Source of the DNA: the human T2T-CHM13v2.0 reference genome, Homo sapiens
Assembly: GCF_009914755.1 (NCBI RefSeq)
Contig: NC_060936.1
Strand: one strand, 5' to 3'
Length of the DNA stretch: 64,000 nucleotides
In this document: positions 15,022 to 29,212 of the stretch, one piece after another
How the letters are laid out: every line of letters starts with the position of its first letter
Numbering within the stretch: position 1 is the first letter of the stretch
Translations under genes and position numbers: made by a program
The notes under the pieces: generated by a model
The model's input: only the letters and a program-made list of their open reading frames with translations
Database searches by the model: none
Told to the model about the DNA's origin: nothing

Positions 15022-15172
15022 CCAGTCTTTCTCAACCCTCCCAGTACATCAGAATCACCTTAGTGGATTTTTAAAATACAGATGCCAGGGCTCTATCCCA
15101 AGAGAAGCAGTTAGTTGAAGGTCATAGGAAATAATTATTTTTTGAAAGTTTTCCCAGATGATACTAATCCAG
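15022..15172. mobile_element. MER5-family MITE
   Basis: CAGTCTTTCTCAACC...CATCAGAATCACCT...AAAATACAGATGCCAGGG. Confidence 0.6.
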
Positions 15173-15367
15173 TACAAAACAGGATTAAATGAAGTCATCA
15201 TAGTCCTTTTCTGTCAGAATAAAGGAATAGAGCTTCCATTCAAAGAATGGAAGTTTTATAAATTCTATATCTAGGCTAAGGGGACATAATCATAGGTTAA
15301 GTGGAGAAAACTGTGACTCAAATACTTTGTGTGACTTGATTGAAGGATGATATTTTTCTGACAGTGT

Positions 15368-16300
<933 letters not shown>

Positions 16301-18324
16301 GGTACTGGGAAGATTCTAATTGATGACCTAAGTCTTACAAATAATGGTTTTTCTTTATCATTCTTTTAGGTCAAAAGCTCTATGCTACAAGACTTAAAGA
16401 TGTGGGGAGGATGTGATTCATATAAAAAGGAAGCATCCTGATAGATTTTTCCGAGTATATGTGAACTCCTAATCCAAACAGCTTTTCATCCAGGAAGTTT
16501 CCATCATGCTCTCCACTATCCACTGTAAATTCCATATCACTATGCAGAACTGAGGTTCCTGACATTTTTGTGTTTCTCAGAAAATGTTGGTGCAGCTTTT
16601 TAGTCTTGTAACCGAATGAGGTTAGGTTATGTTCATGCTACAAACATTAGATTCCAAATCACTGCTTAAAGCTGAAAGTTAACCTTCTAATTGAATTAAT
16701 TTCTACATATGTTTTTCCTGTTCCACCAATTATATTCCATTTGTCATTTGTTATGTTTCAGGAAAAGTGTTCAGTATGAAAGGCCAGTCTGATCCACAGA
16801 ATAAGGGTAGGAGGGCTCTTGCTGTAACATAGGCTGAGCTCCTCTGAACTAACAGGGAAAATGTGATCAAATGCTATTGAATGAATTCCATACTTTAAGA
16901 AGACAGAATACTAAGGGCCATGCTCTGAGTTCATAGCAGTAGTTATCTCATATTTAATAATTGACTTGGCTTTTAAATACTGTCTTAAAATATCTTCTGA
17001 ATTATTATGTTTAATTCTTAATTTATCCTGGCTTTGTACTGTTAGCCAACTTAATTTTAAATTTCCTGATAACAAGGAGTAGGTATTATATGGGGCCCAT
17101 GTGTGTTAAGCCTATTATGACATAAAATATGTAATAGGAAGTCAGTAAATAGGTGCCGAATAAAGTAAACGTTTAACAGAATATGGTCCTTATATGGTCC
17201 TTATTATGGTCCTTGACTCTAGAAGTCAAGAATAAGGTCCTTATACTTTAGACTTTAAAATGCATTTAAAATATGATAAATGTTAACTTATACAAATCAA
17301 CATATATAAAATTTGTCAACAGTAGACATGTATCAAAACATTTGCAAATAGGATTTATTGATGAGGAAAATTTTCTGGGAAAACATCTAAATTGCTATTT
17401 TAGAAGGAAAATGATTGTAATATATAAAATGGACATGTTTTTTAAATAATGCATTTTGAGTAGGAGAGGGTACAGAATCTAATATCGGGGCCAAACAATT
17501 TTCTATTCAACAGTAATTCCTTTTACAGTATTTTTGCCATGGCCCTTGTAGCTGATTCTTCTCCAACCCCTGCTCCAAGTCACTGTCCAGCTCAACACGA
17601 CCATACGAATAACCAGTACAGTAGATGAAAATAAATCATGTAGTCTCAGAAAGTCTTCTATATTTCTGTCTGCTTAGTCAGTCAATGTTGACAACATTAA
17701 TACATAGTCCAGTATTGTTGTCCCTGGTTTCCTTTGAAATGCTACAATTTTAGAATCCTATTATTTCAGTGACATTTATTTTCTTAGGGGATTGGATTAG
17801 GGCATGAATAAGAAGGAATATTCATCTTTTCCTTGTTCTTTTCAAGTTTTAAAAGGGTTTTTAATATTGTTATTTTTGATGCAGATTGTTATATGACATT
17901 GAAACAAGTCATCTGCAGTAATTTGAATTTTTTTTTTTTTTTTTGCCTTTCAAAATTCCAATCACTGTCTTCAGTAGGTAATCCCAAGGAATATTATGAT
18001 AAAAGATAACATAAAAATTCAGATATGATATTCCTGTTATTTAGAGGTTATATTTAATTTTCCTGTAAGTCAAAGTATTCAAATATGTTTCAAATATATT
18101 TCCAAAAATATAATTCCAATCAAACTTAAATTGGCTTTGTTTATAGTCGGAACAGTCTATGTTAACTACGTTTATCCCATCTTCCATAACATATTAGGGG
18201 AAAAAGCAGACTAAGTGTTGTCAAGTATACTCATTTGATGATTGCTGATGGATTTAGTTTTAAAGGCACCTTTTAATATACAAATAAATTAAAATTCTCA
18301 TGTAGAAGATATTACAGAGTAAAG

Positions 18325-18493
18325 AAGTAGCTCTGAAACATTGGGGTTTCTGAATAATCTGGAGGTCTTGTTAAAATGCAGATTTCCCTTCCCACTCCCA
18401 GATGTCTGGGTGGTGCCCAAGAATTTCCATTTCTAACAAGTCCCCAGCTGATGCTGACCTTGCTGGTATAGGGCCACACCCTGAGTACCACTT
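18325..18493. mobile_element. MER5A
   Basis: CTTGTTAAAATGCAGATT...CCCAAGAATTTCCATTTCTAACAAGTCCCCAGCTGATGCTGA...CCACACCCTGAGTACCACT. Confidence 0.75.
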
Positions 18494-19884
18494 GTAAAAA
18501 TGATGCTCATCAGTTCTCTGCTTTTCTTAAGGAATAAAATTGTTCAAGCTAATCAGTTATATCCACAAGTACAATATCATTTAAGAGAAGCTTCTAGAGA
18601 TCTTTAACCATATTCATATACAGCTCTGCTGGACAAACCAAATTGACTTGAGTTAATGCAAAGAGCTTATCTGAGCATCTTTCTCTCCAAAGCCAAGATG
18701 ACTGGAATATACCTAGTCCTATTCTTGGAACTTCACTTTTTCTCCAAGAATACACAAGTCATTCCCTCTCCTTCAAGTTCAAACTTCCTACTCGGCTTTC
18801 TCACTCCTCTATGCCTAACTTATCCTTTATGTTTATGGACATAGTATAAACTATAGAAAAAAGTAGGTACTAGGACCCATGGCAAGTCATTAAGTTGAGC
18901 CACGATTTCATCAAAATGTAAAGGTAATAGTACCTACTTCTGGCTATTGTGGATGGAAAAATGAGATGATATGCACAGAATCAAGCACCATACCCAGTAT
19001 TCAGGACGTCTCCCCTCCTACTGCCTGCAAAATTAAGTTTTTTCCTATCTTCCTAGAACTTCTGGCTTCTACAGTTATTGATCTCCCTGTCAACTGCATT
19101 CCATGAAATTCCCTGCTAATCCTAGAGTGTATCAGACGGAAACTGAAAAAGTGACCATATCAGACAGCATTTTCAGTTTTCTAGAAGGCAGAAAAACACA
19201 AAGGGGATAATTTGATGGCTGCTTGCCAGAAAGTAGCAGGACAGAAATTAGAGCTATGGAAATTTGTAACTGTCTTAATCACCTCTGGTGAAACACAACA
19301 TCCGGCAGAACATAACAAATGAGACCACGCCATGTCTGATAGTAAGTTTTAGACTGAGGGCACATTGCTGAAAGGCAGGTGTTGTTCTGATCACCTTTGT
19401 ACTCACTGTTGCCTGTGCTATTGCCATGTTTTCATAAGCCTCAGTAGCGCATTTGGTTTCCATGGAGTCCATCCATGAACTAAAAGAACAAAACATCTAA
19501 TCCCAAAGCAGAATATAGATCTCTTGTAGTTTCATTCACCCTTTTAAACAATATCACAGTAATTTTTAGATTCAAATAATCATTGAGAGACCCTGTACTA
19601 GCAGTTAGGGACATGTCATCTGGGCATTGGCTCTATTGAACAATATGATCTTAAATAAACCTTTTCAGTGCCTTGGGTCTATGGCCCATCTGTAAGGTGG
19701 ACATAATGCTGCCTGGCTAATCTGCCTTTCATTGTTATTATAATACATATCAAATTGCATTGTAGAATAAAAATGTCAAACAAGGGCCAATGGAATACTG
19801 GTGACAAAGTTGAATAGCACTAGTAACTAGAATCAAGTCAATTATCAGCTTTCAAACATACCGAATATCAAGAAAGTACCATAA

Positions 19885-20046
19885 GGCCAGGCACAATGAC
19901 TCATGCCTGTAATCCCAGCACTTTGGGAGGCTGAGGCAGGAAGATTCCTTAAGCCCAGGAGTTCCAGGCTGCAGTGCACTATGATTGTGCCACTGCACTC
20001 CAGCTGGGGAGACAAAGCGAGACCCGGTGTCAATTACAAAAAAAAA
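19885..20046 (+). mobile_element. Monomeric Alu (FRAM-like, or left/right-arm recombinant AluJ)
   Basis: Left-arm 5' sequence (CTCATGCCTGTAATCCCAGCACTTTGGG) runs directly into right-arm 3' sequence (GCTGCAGTG..ATGATTGTGCCACTGCACTCCAG), then an A tail. Confidence 0.85.
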
Positions 20047-20307
20047 GTGTGCCATAATAATCTCATAATGCTTTCACTTCGTATTCATGAAGCTAGTAAC
20101 ATAAGCCCCCTTGATAATACAGCCTATTACAAAATCAAAGTTGGCCCCTTCTACTTTGGAACAAATGTATTTTATGAGTGCTTTGGTTGGCTAATGAATT
20201 TCTGTAGAAAGAATTTTACTTTTCAGTTTTCTTCATTTTGATAAAGGAGATTACCACATGGAAGAATGATATTAAAGATAATAATTAAAACTCAACAAAA
20301 CTCAAAC

Positions 20308-20596
20308 TTTTTTTTTTTTTTTTTGGAGACAAGGTCTCACCCTGCTACCCAGGCTGGAGTGCAGCAGCACAGTCATAGCTCACTGTAGCCTCTAACTCCT
20401 GGGCTCAAGAGATCCTCCTGCCTCAGCTTCCCAAGTAGCTAGGACTACAGGCAGGAGCCACCATGTCCGGCTAATTATTTCATTTTTGTAAAGTCATGGT
20501 CTTGCTATGTTGCCCAGGCTGGTCTCATACTCCTGGGCTCAAGCGATCCTCCCACCTTGACCTTCCAAAGTACTGGGATTAGAGGCATAAGCCACC
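20308..20596 (-). mobile_element. AluJ (slightly 5'-truncated)
   Basis: Reverse J-type Alu; TSD AAAACTCAAAC. Confidence 0.92.
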
Positions 20597-21846
20597 AAAA
20601 CTCAAACATTTGTAGGCCAAAACTCAAACGTTTTTAGGAAGAAAGAGATTAAGAAGGTGGGCTGCCCTGGGACTTACTGATTGTGTAAGCCAGCATTGTT
20701 GGCCTAGTGAGTGTTTTAGCACTTTCAGAATCTCAGAGCCCTTCACAGATCCTCTGACAGGAGTTGACCCTTTGGCTTGAGTCAATCTACACTCCACCCA
20801 TCGCAAGCTCAGATAGTAGAAATTTCTCCCGTAAAAAGTTTCCATAATGCTACACGCAAACCTCTAGGGAACAGTAGCTCCTCTCTTGCCTGGAAGTGCA
20901 GGCTACTTTCTGAAGCTGCCATGTCCCACGTGGCCAGTAAGTGCTGCCATGTAAACTTGTGCAATTTCCCAGTCTCAATACAAAATCAAAGCTTCAAGCT
21001 TTGGGAGATAAAATCTGGGTTTCAAGTTTGATAAAATATTTTTCACAGTAGTTATCTAGGATTGATCAATTCTGAAGGCTCTAATTTCTGTTCTTCAAGC
21101 TAATTTAACACAAGGCAGCCTGAACAATACCACTCTTGGATGGGCAGCCTAAGAAACAGATTTTCGCAGGTGTTTCCTCTGTGCTGCAAACCTAAATAGC
21201 CCCCTACATTCAATCACATCGATGCCAGAGGCAGGAAAAAAACTGCAACAAAAGAAGAAAAGAGAGCAAGCTCAGTAAAGCTGAGGACTGCTCAAGAGCC
21301 GTTTTGATGTAGAGATCTCTGTGAAAGCTCATTAAATCCTCAGTGTGTGAGGCAGGGCTTAGGGAAAAATAGAAATAGGGATAATAAGACACCATATCCA
21401 TCCATACTGACATATTTGCAAAGCATTCATTAGTTAAAATCCTCCAAGGAAACTCCATGTGACTCCTCAGCATATTAAGGACCTGAATCAGCTCTTCTGG
21501 TTAAACCACAGTCCAGATTAACAGTTACATACTGGAGAGATACAGTTAGTTTTTGTTTTGTTTTATTTTTCATAATACCACGAACAAACCTATTGCAAAA
21601 GCAATTCAAAGCATGGTTCCCATAATGAAGAACCAGTTGGGTCCTCTTCAGGAGGAAAGATAGCCCCATATACCATGAATATCTAATACATCTGAATAAA
21701 TGATAATAAGTCATTAGATGACGGGTGTATATGAGAAAAGCCAAACTTACTAAGTTAGGTCCCCACTGCTTTTATTTTCTGGAAGACATTCATAAGGAAA
21801 GATGTATCTTCATGCTTCAGCCAAAACCCAGATGGGAATAAGACCT

Positions 21847-22255
21847 TCTATTATACAGGATTCCCCAGAGAAACAGAACCAATAGTGAGGGGGTCAGGGG
21901 AAGAGGCAGTTGGGAGAGAGGGAGAAAGAGAGAGAGGCTTTATCTTAAGGAACTGGCTCATTCAATTTTAGAGTTTGGCAAGTCCAAAATTTGCAGAGTA
22001 GCCCAGTAGACTGGAGACCCAGGAAATACTTGATGTTCAGTCCAAAGGCACTCTGCTGGCAAAATTCCCTCTTCTTCAGGGGAGGTCTTTTTTCTCTTAA
22101 GGCTTCTAACTGATTGGATAAAGCCCACCTAATGACCTCATTGTAATTTAATTACTTCTTTAAAGACATTGTCTCCAAATACAATCTCATTCTGGGGTGC
22201 TAAGGGTTACAACTTCAACATATGAATTTAAGGGGACACAATTTCACCCATAAAA
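21847..22255 (-). mobile_element. Hybrid LTR: MLT2 (ERVL) part 21847-~22129 joined to MLT1B/C (MaLR) part ~22113-22255
   Basis: MLT2 terminus CAGGATTCCCCAGAGAAACAGAACCAATAG and MLT1 terminus CTTCAACATATGAATTT..GGGGACACAATT..CCCATAA, joined at ATTGGATAAAGCCCACC. Confidence 0.75.
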
Positions 22256-22356
22256 TACCTCAGTGGGTTTTATTATGATCTAGATATTAGAAAGAGAGAG
22301 AGAGACAGAGACAGAGACATGGGGAGGTTGATAAATAGCAGATGTATTTCTCAAAG

Positions 22357-22538
22357 CAGTGATTCTCAAAGTATAGGCCCAGGCCCAGAAGTATCAGTAT
22401 CATGTGAGAATTGGTTAGAAATGCAAATTCTCAGCCCCTACCCCAAATCTGCTGAGTCTGTAAGTGGGGCCCAGGAATTTGTGAATAAACCTTCCTTCCT
22501 GGTGGTTCCAATGAAGGCTAAAGTTTGAAAACAACTCT
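22357..22538. mobile_element. MER5A
   Basis: CAGTGATTCTCAAAGT...GTTAGAAATGCAAATTCTCAGCCCCTACCCCA...CTAAAGTTTGAAAACAACT. Confidence 0.8.
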
Positions 22539-24249
22539 CTTAGAAGTTGCTTTATTAAAAGAATGACGCCACCTAAGAAGTTTTCCAACAAACATGGGTG
22601 TAAATATCGTTTAATCTGTGTGTTTTCATTAAATATATCAAGATAAGTCATATTTTATAAGTGAGCCTTGGATCTATTTTACTCTTATAAATTGAAAACA
22701 AAGCCAGAGCTCCAAGGATAAGCACCACAACACTGCAAAGAAACTTGGCCTCTGAGTACAGATTTCACAGGGTAAAAGCAAAACTGTGAGTACCCAATAA
22801 AGCTAATATATCAAATACCAGAGCAGTCTAATTGCTGTCTGTCTGGTTGGAAGCCTCCATTACCTTATGTAATTCCCATGAATGGCAGACTAAATTATAA
22901 TGGTGGTACTTAATAAAATTCATTCTACCCTCTTCTTAAAAATGAAAAACTATAAATAGAACTACTGAGTGGCCACTTTTGAGCAAGAATGTAATTTATA
23001 TTATGTCCCAAAACACCTTCCACACCCTCACAAAAGTAGCATTTGCAAATACACCAGCATTAAACAAGCCTCTCCCCCATGTTCTTTGAGAAACTACAGT
23101 ACACAGGAGCAAGAAGTTTTAATTCACCTGTGAGTTATTTCCAAGTCTTGCTGGATGGTCAGATCTGTGAACAGTCATACACACAACCAACTTATCTGGA
23201 GAAGTCAGCTTCATCCGAGCATATATTCTACTTAGTGGTCAAGTACATGTAACTAAAGGTAAAGCCTACATCCAGGAAGCTTACGTGACTTGCGACTTGC
23301 GTAGCGTAGGTTTCAGCACATAAGATGCTAGATCAGATTGCATAATGCAACGAGAGCTAACACTCATAATTACTTATGTAAATTATATGGCAAGAATTTC
23401 CCAGGCCTTTAGGGAAAAAATGTTTATTTGCGGAGCCTAATTTTTTATATCAGCTATCACGAAAAAGATTGTCAAGGAGCATATTTGACTATTGGACTTG
23501 GATCTAGATGTACCCTCTTTGTGACATTGTCACATAATGACAACCTGGAGGTTAATACATTAAGGCAGCCTGTATGTGAGTGAAGCTTCAGAACTACTTG
23601 AAAATTGCATTATTTAACTGTGTCCAGATGGAATAGAGAACATTCTCACACTGAGCAATTATACCAGCAGGCCATTGATTGGGAAGTTGATGTTTGTCTT
23701 TTTCCACATGAACAAGGGCAGTCCCATTGCTGGAAGCTAGTGCTCTATCATTTTTAAATAAACAGAATGTTTGTCATTAGCATTTTCTAAAGTATTGGAG
23801 ATATCTGATCTGGATTTGCTTTTATTTCTTCTTGATCAAATGAAATCTGCAAAGCCTCCATATACTCTTGTGCAATCTTAACACTTACTTAAATCATAGA
23901 AGCTCATAGAATCAAAAGTATACTTTTCATAAGAATTTTTAAACCCCAAAATTCCAAACAGGCAGAAATAAATATTACCTAGAGTTCTTGCAGATTTTTC
24001 AATGAATGCCTTCCTAATCAAAAGATTATAATTTAAATATTGATTAATTTATCTAGAATTTTAGAAGATTTAGAGTAATATCAACCCAGCTATGGGAAAT
24101 ACAAAAATAAATCATTAAACAAACATTTTATGACTCTTGCTATATCTCAGGAATTATACTGAAGTTTGACAAATAAACGTCTGACCACAAACAATCATAG
24201 ACCCCTGCCCTCAAGGCTTCACAGTTGGGATATACCCTAAGCAATATCT

Positions 24250-24610
24250 ATTTCAGTTAAGAACACATTGGGCTGCAAGTAACAGAAAATCCTCTGTAAA
24301 CAGTAGAGTAGGCAACTTGGGAATTACTTTTTTCACATAACAAGAAGTCAGAATGCAACCTTTGGTTTGCCTACTCTATGATGCCATCAGGGACCTGTGT
24401 TTTTTCCTTCTTTTCAGCTCCTCTATCCTTAGTATGTTGGCCTCTGTTTCCATGATTGTCTCCTCATGGTGCAATTGAAGACAGTGGCTGTCCCAACCAA
24501 GTTTTTCCTCTTTACCAGTAAAGCAAAGGGTTTCTCAGAAATCCCACTCAGACTTTCCTTAGATCTTATTAACTGGAGAGTCAAAGGGCCACTTTTATCT
24601 AAAAGACTAA
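24250..24610 (-). mobile_element. Old MLT1 (K/L-like) MaLR LTR; an L2 tail fragment precedes it at ~24105-24230
   Basis: GGCTGCAAGTAACAGAAAA...TCACATAACAAGAAGTC...ATGATGCCATCAGGGACC. Confidence 0.6.
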
Positions 24611-25294
24611 ATGAGAACTAATGGGACAAGATCATCATGGCTGGCTTTTAAGTACAAGAATGACAGGAAAGTAATGGTTTAAAAAAATTAATATGGAAAT
24701 GAAAGAGGAGAAAGGGAGTCAGTAAGACCAAGTGGAGCATTGCTAATATAATTCTGTCATAAGAACAAGAAGGTCTAGGTAATGGATCCTCTTATGATGG
24801 CTTAGTTTGTAATACCTTTCATGAAAGAAAAAACATTATGGACAGGTGGTCAGATACTTCCTAAACAACAGTCACAAGTTGCACTGCACTGTGGTGACTG
24901 GTATGTCTGTAGCTGCAGGTTAAGCACTATCTCAAGCATAGAGGTGACCCTTGGGGCAAGATAGTGCCTCTGAGCTTCTAAGGGTTACATGTTATAGGTC
25001 TGATTTCCACCTTATTCTATACACTCTCTGAAACTTCCAAAGATTCTGCTACATAAATCAACCTCATGCCCAAGTTGGTGGCAGCAGAAATGAACCTTAA
25101 CTTAGCCCAAAAGGGTTTGAAGAGAACCAAGAAATAAAGCTAGAACCAGATCCAGCACTATCATTATTCTCATGCTACTTTTTAAAGTCTTGTCCACATT
25201 AGTCAGTGATAGAAAACTGATGTTAGGAACACTGAGCACCTAAGTGTCACTCACTCTGATCTCTAGTTGCTGCTTCTGATAAATTTCACCAATT

Positions 25295-25770
25295 AGCACA
25301 GGCTTAGAGTCAGATTATCTGGGTTTGAATACCAGTTCTGCTACTTGATAGTGGTGTAATCTTGGGGAAGTGCTTAAATTCTCTGTATTTTTCAATAAAA
25401 TATTGATCACAATAGCACCTACCTCACAGAATTGTAGTGAGAAAGAAAGTGAGTTAATATTTGAAAGTCCTTGAAAAGTGTGTGGCACATGTCAGCCCTC
25501 CCGGAATGTCTGCTATTTTTATTACTGCAGCCATTATTATTCTGGTGTAGAGGTGAACTACCCTGCTTTGGAGGTCATAAAGACCTTGATTCAAATCCTG
25601 CCATTATCACTTACTATCCCTATGGCCCTGGACAAGTTAATTCATGGTTCTGAGCCTCAGTTTATTTATCTGTTAAAAAGGGATAATAATGCTTGTTTCA
25701 TCAAGCTATGGCAAGTATTAAGATGGCATGTGACAGTGCTTAGCACAGGCCCTGACAAATAAGTAATTTG
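25295..25770 (+). mobile_element. Two tandem MIR copies (~25295-25525 and ~25540-25770)
   Basis: Both have GGGTTTGAAT/TTCAAATCC, core, and GCACCTACCTCA or GTGCTTAGCACAG MIR motifs. Confidence 0.75.
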
Positions 25771-28700
25771 TATTCTTTTTTATCCTCCATGATACACTCT
25801 TTTCTCTGGGTTTATCACTAGAACTCCCCCGGGATGATCTGTTACTTATGACTAATCATACTCTGTGTACTTATACCACTAATATTATTTGAGTGAAACA
25901 AACTTAAATTCAGCATCAGGAACTACCTTGAAAGGAAAATAGACTCATAAGAGTAGTCTCTTCCAGTTTTGAGAAGAAAAGATGCCATCCTACAAGTATG
26001 GTAAAGGTCTTGATGAGGGAGGTAAGACCATGACAGTACCACCATGCCTTCGTCTCACTTCCCCACCACAACTGAGTGATCTAGCCACCCTCTAGAGTTG
26101 CTACCACCATTTGTTGGGAAGGCATGAAGTCAAAGAAAAGTTTGAGACCTGGGATAGTTGTCCCCATTTGTCATACCATTGGGATAGCTCTGATCGTCAC
26201 ATTCTTAGAAATGCAAATACTAAGCTCTGAGAAGATACAGTCTTCTTTGTGAATCACCTCCATCCCAATTTTTGACCTCACTTTTAGGTGGGATGTATCT
26301 ACAGCACAGAGTCTGTGACTCTGAGATACATCAAAGACTATTTGGTGGCCCCTCCTGAAATCAGAAGAGGATGTAATTTGCTGTGGTTTTTGCAACTCTC
26401 TTACGCACAGTCCAAGCAAAGAACATTATAGTTTTAGAGTGGATGTGGCTGTCCTTACTCTGGTATACTCACAGGAGAAGGACATTGCTGTCTTCTTTCC
26501 TTCCATCTTTGATCACATCACTACTGTATTGTGACCTCTTCTTCCCAGAAGAACAACAGTTTTATCCTCTTAATCTTGTTCAAACTGCCTTCTAACACTG
26601 ACCACCACCAAAAGATGTTGCTTCGAGAAGAGGCTGAATGGAGAACCTTAAATGCATGGGGAATATTCCTGAGTCTCATTGAAATCAGTTTATCCTGGGT
26701 ATTACACTTGAATTTAAAGCAAATGTATGCACAGGCAATCCTGGGTGAGCTACTCTGAACAGGAGATGGCAGTAGCAGCCAAGGATTTGGGCAGCCCTTT
26801 CTAGTCCTAACAGAGGGGATTTCCTATTGGTTCATTGTCGATTCTGGACTGCAGTTTTGCCTCACCAAAGCCAAGGTGGCTAAATAATATGCCCAAGATC
26901 CCAGACCTTGCTGAATTTCACAACTATTGAAGAATTAGAAATTGCTCAAATTGAAGGCTGAACGACCAAGTGAACACTGTGGGGAGCTTTTACTAAGTCT
27001 CACTACAGAGGAAGGGAGGAGGCCTCCAGAAAACAAACAGATATGCCCACTTAGATTGGCATTAGTGGGTTTATTGGAAGGAGCAAGGATCGGAGATACA
27101 GTGCACATTCTTACTGAGACTTTGAGCAAGTCATTTAGCGAGGTGATTCAGCCCATGCTTTCATGTGGATTCAGGGAATAAAGAAGTCTTCCTCACAGGC
27201 TTTACAAAGGGTTCAGTAAGATAACAGCCAGGAAAACTCATTTTGTAAACTATGACATGCTATAAAAATACAAGAAGGACATTTTGGTTGGTTTTAGGTC
27301 ATTTCTTTGAATTTGTCCTGGCGCCTCCAAATTTCCTAGACCACATTTTTTTCTTTCCTTTTCTTTCTTTTTTTTTTTTTTCCAAGTAATATGGTCAGAA
27401 GCTGTTTGACTATGAGTCTATTATTTCTCTGATAATTATAATTTCCCGGAGAGTTATGGCACACAAATTACTTTGTAATAGCTCTAAATTCTTTGCTTTA
27501 TCCTGAGTCTACAATTATGCACTTATCCATGCTCCTGTCATCTGTGGTACTGATTTATGGAACCTCTGTTCTCTGATCTCCTCATTTCTTACCTCTGCCT
27601 CCTTTAAAACTCAAGAAATGTGGCAGCAAGGTCAAATTTCTCATCGGGCCAGCATTACATTCTCAGGTGTAATCATTACCGTCTTAATAAAGCAAGCAGT
27701 TAGTTCCACAATGGTCTGTTTAATCCACTAGATAATTGCTAAGCCTTAATTATATAACCCAGCATACTGTCCCTTGCTATAATTCCAGAACCACCATGTT
27801 GTGGTTTGAAACATCTATTAATTTGGTGCAAATATTAATTAAAAATTTATTTCTAGCCAAGAATATGATGGATCAAGTGCCATGTATTAAAAAAGGAAAA
27901 TATAATTAATCTTAACCAATTTCACTTGGAGCAAAAACAATGTAACTGGAAAGTTTTCTGGTAACTGCCACACACTCACAGACTTTTTTCAAAATTTGAA
28001 AAAAGGTATGTCTAAATTTTAAAGTATTGCAGTATCAGTTTGGTATTATGGTAGAGGATTTATAAGCCATGCAACTGCACAAAATTTTTGATATCGTTAA
28101 TAAGGCAAAGATATATTACTTCGCTTTGTTCTGCTTGTGACCTAGAGTGAATTTTATTCATAGCAAAATTAGACCTTACTAGCTTCTTATACCTGAATGG
28201 CCTAGAGGTAGAGAAATTTCCAGAACAGCCTTATTAGAGAGTGGGGTGCATGACAAGACCATAATCTAAAGCCAGTTTTCAGTTTTATTATTTACTTTGC
28301 TGCCTTGATCATTTTTCTGCACTCATTTGGCTTGAAGGCATAGACATTCCCTGTTGATTATCTCGGCTTGGCAGTGGGTTTCTGCTACACATTTTGATTC
28401 CTAATATGGTAGTAGGAGAGGATTTTGTATGAGTTCCAGCGAGTTTCTCTGGGCTTGTGGAATGCAGCAAGGAAAGAATCCTACAGAGATGAAAACATGA
28501 ACATTTGCATTGATTAAAGAGAAAAATGAAAGAAAGAAAAAGTATTACTCTAAACTGTTTTTTTTCCTTTTCTTACTCTGTTCACTTCACTTCTAATAAT
28601 GTCTTACACTTTTGGGGGTGGGAGGAATTAATGCTGTGTGTTCTTTTATTGCTCATATCTTCATGGCCATTTCAAAAATTATTTTGAAATGCTGAGTGTG

Positions 28701-29000
28701 TTTACAGAGGCAGTGTTAACAAAATAGTTTTCATCATCATCAAGGTTTGAATCCCTGAAGCACCCTATCCCTCTGTTCTACAAATTAGCCACATGAAGAA
28801 AACTGAGAGAATAAGTTTCATGTTGCTAAAAGAGAATAATAGGCTGATCATGTATATTCACAGGGTACAAATTACATTGTCTTAATTTTGCAGCAATATG
28901 AACTATTACTAAAGAAATACCTTACTTGCCTATCCATCTATTGATTGTGTTGGAGTTCAATACAGTTTTTCTCTCAGGGTCATAAAGCCATTCACAGAAT

Positions 29001-29212
29001 CAGGGGTGTTCAAGGGCGAGAATTCAGTCATGGGTTCTTAGTTTGTGTTTCTGGTTGGGCCAGTAAAGCCCCTTCCTCATCTCTCTTTTCCACTTATCAC
29101 TACAGATGCAGACTTAAAACCATGGCTTCAGGCTGTTCAAAGTCAAAAAAAAAAAAAAAAAAAAACAGAACGACAATAATAACAACAAAATAAAGCAGGT
29201 TATACAAGCTCG
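29001..29212. mobile_element. MER107-like (MER30/Charlie12-group) hAT MITE
   Basis: Termini CAGGGGTGTTCAA and TTATACAAGCTCG; internal GGGCCAGTAAAGCCCCTTCCTCATC...CCATGGCTTCAGGCTG. No clear 8-bp TSD. Confidence 0.65.

Noticed and set aside
16345-16380. Strong acceptor-like ttttctttatcattcttttag|GTC
   Set aside because: No convincing partner donor nearby; such decoys are common in introns.
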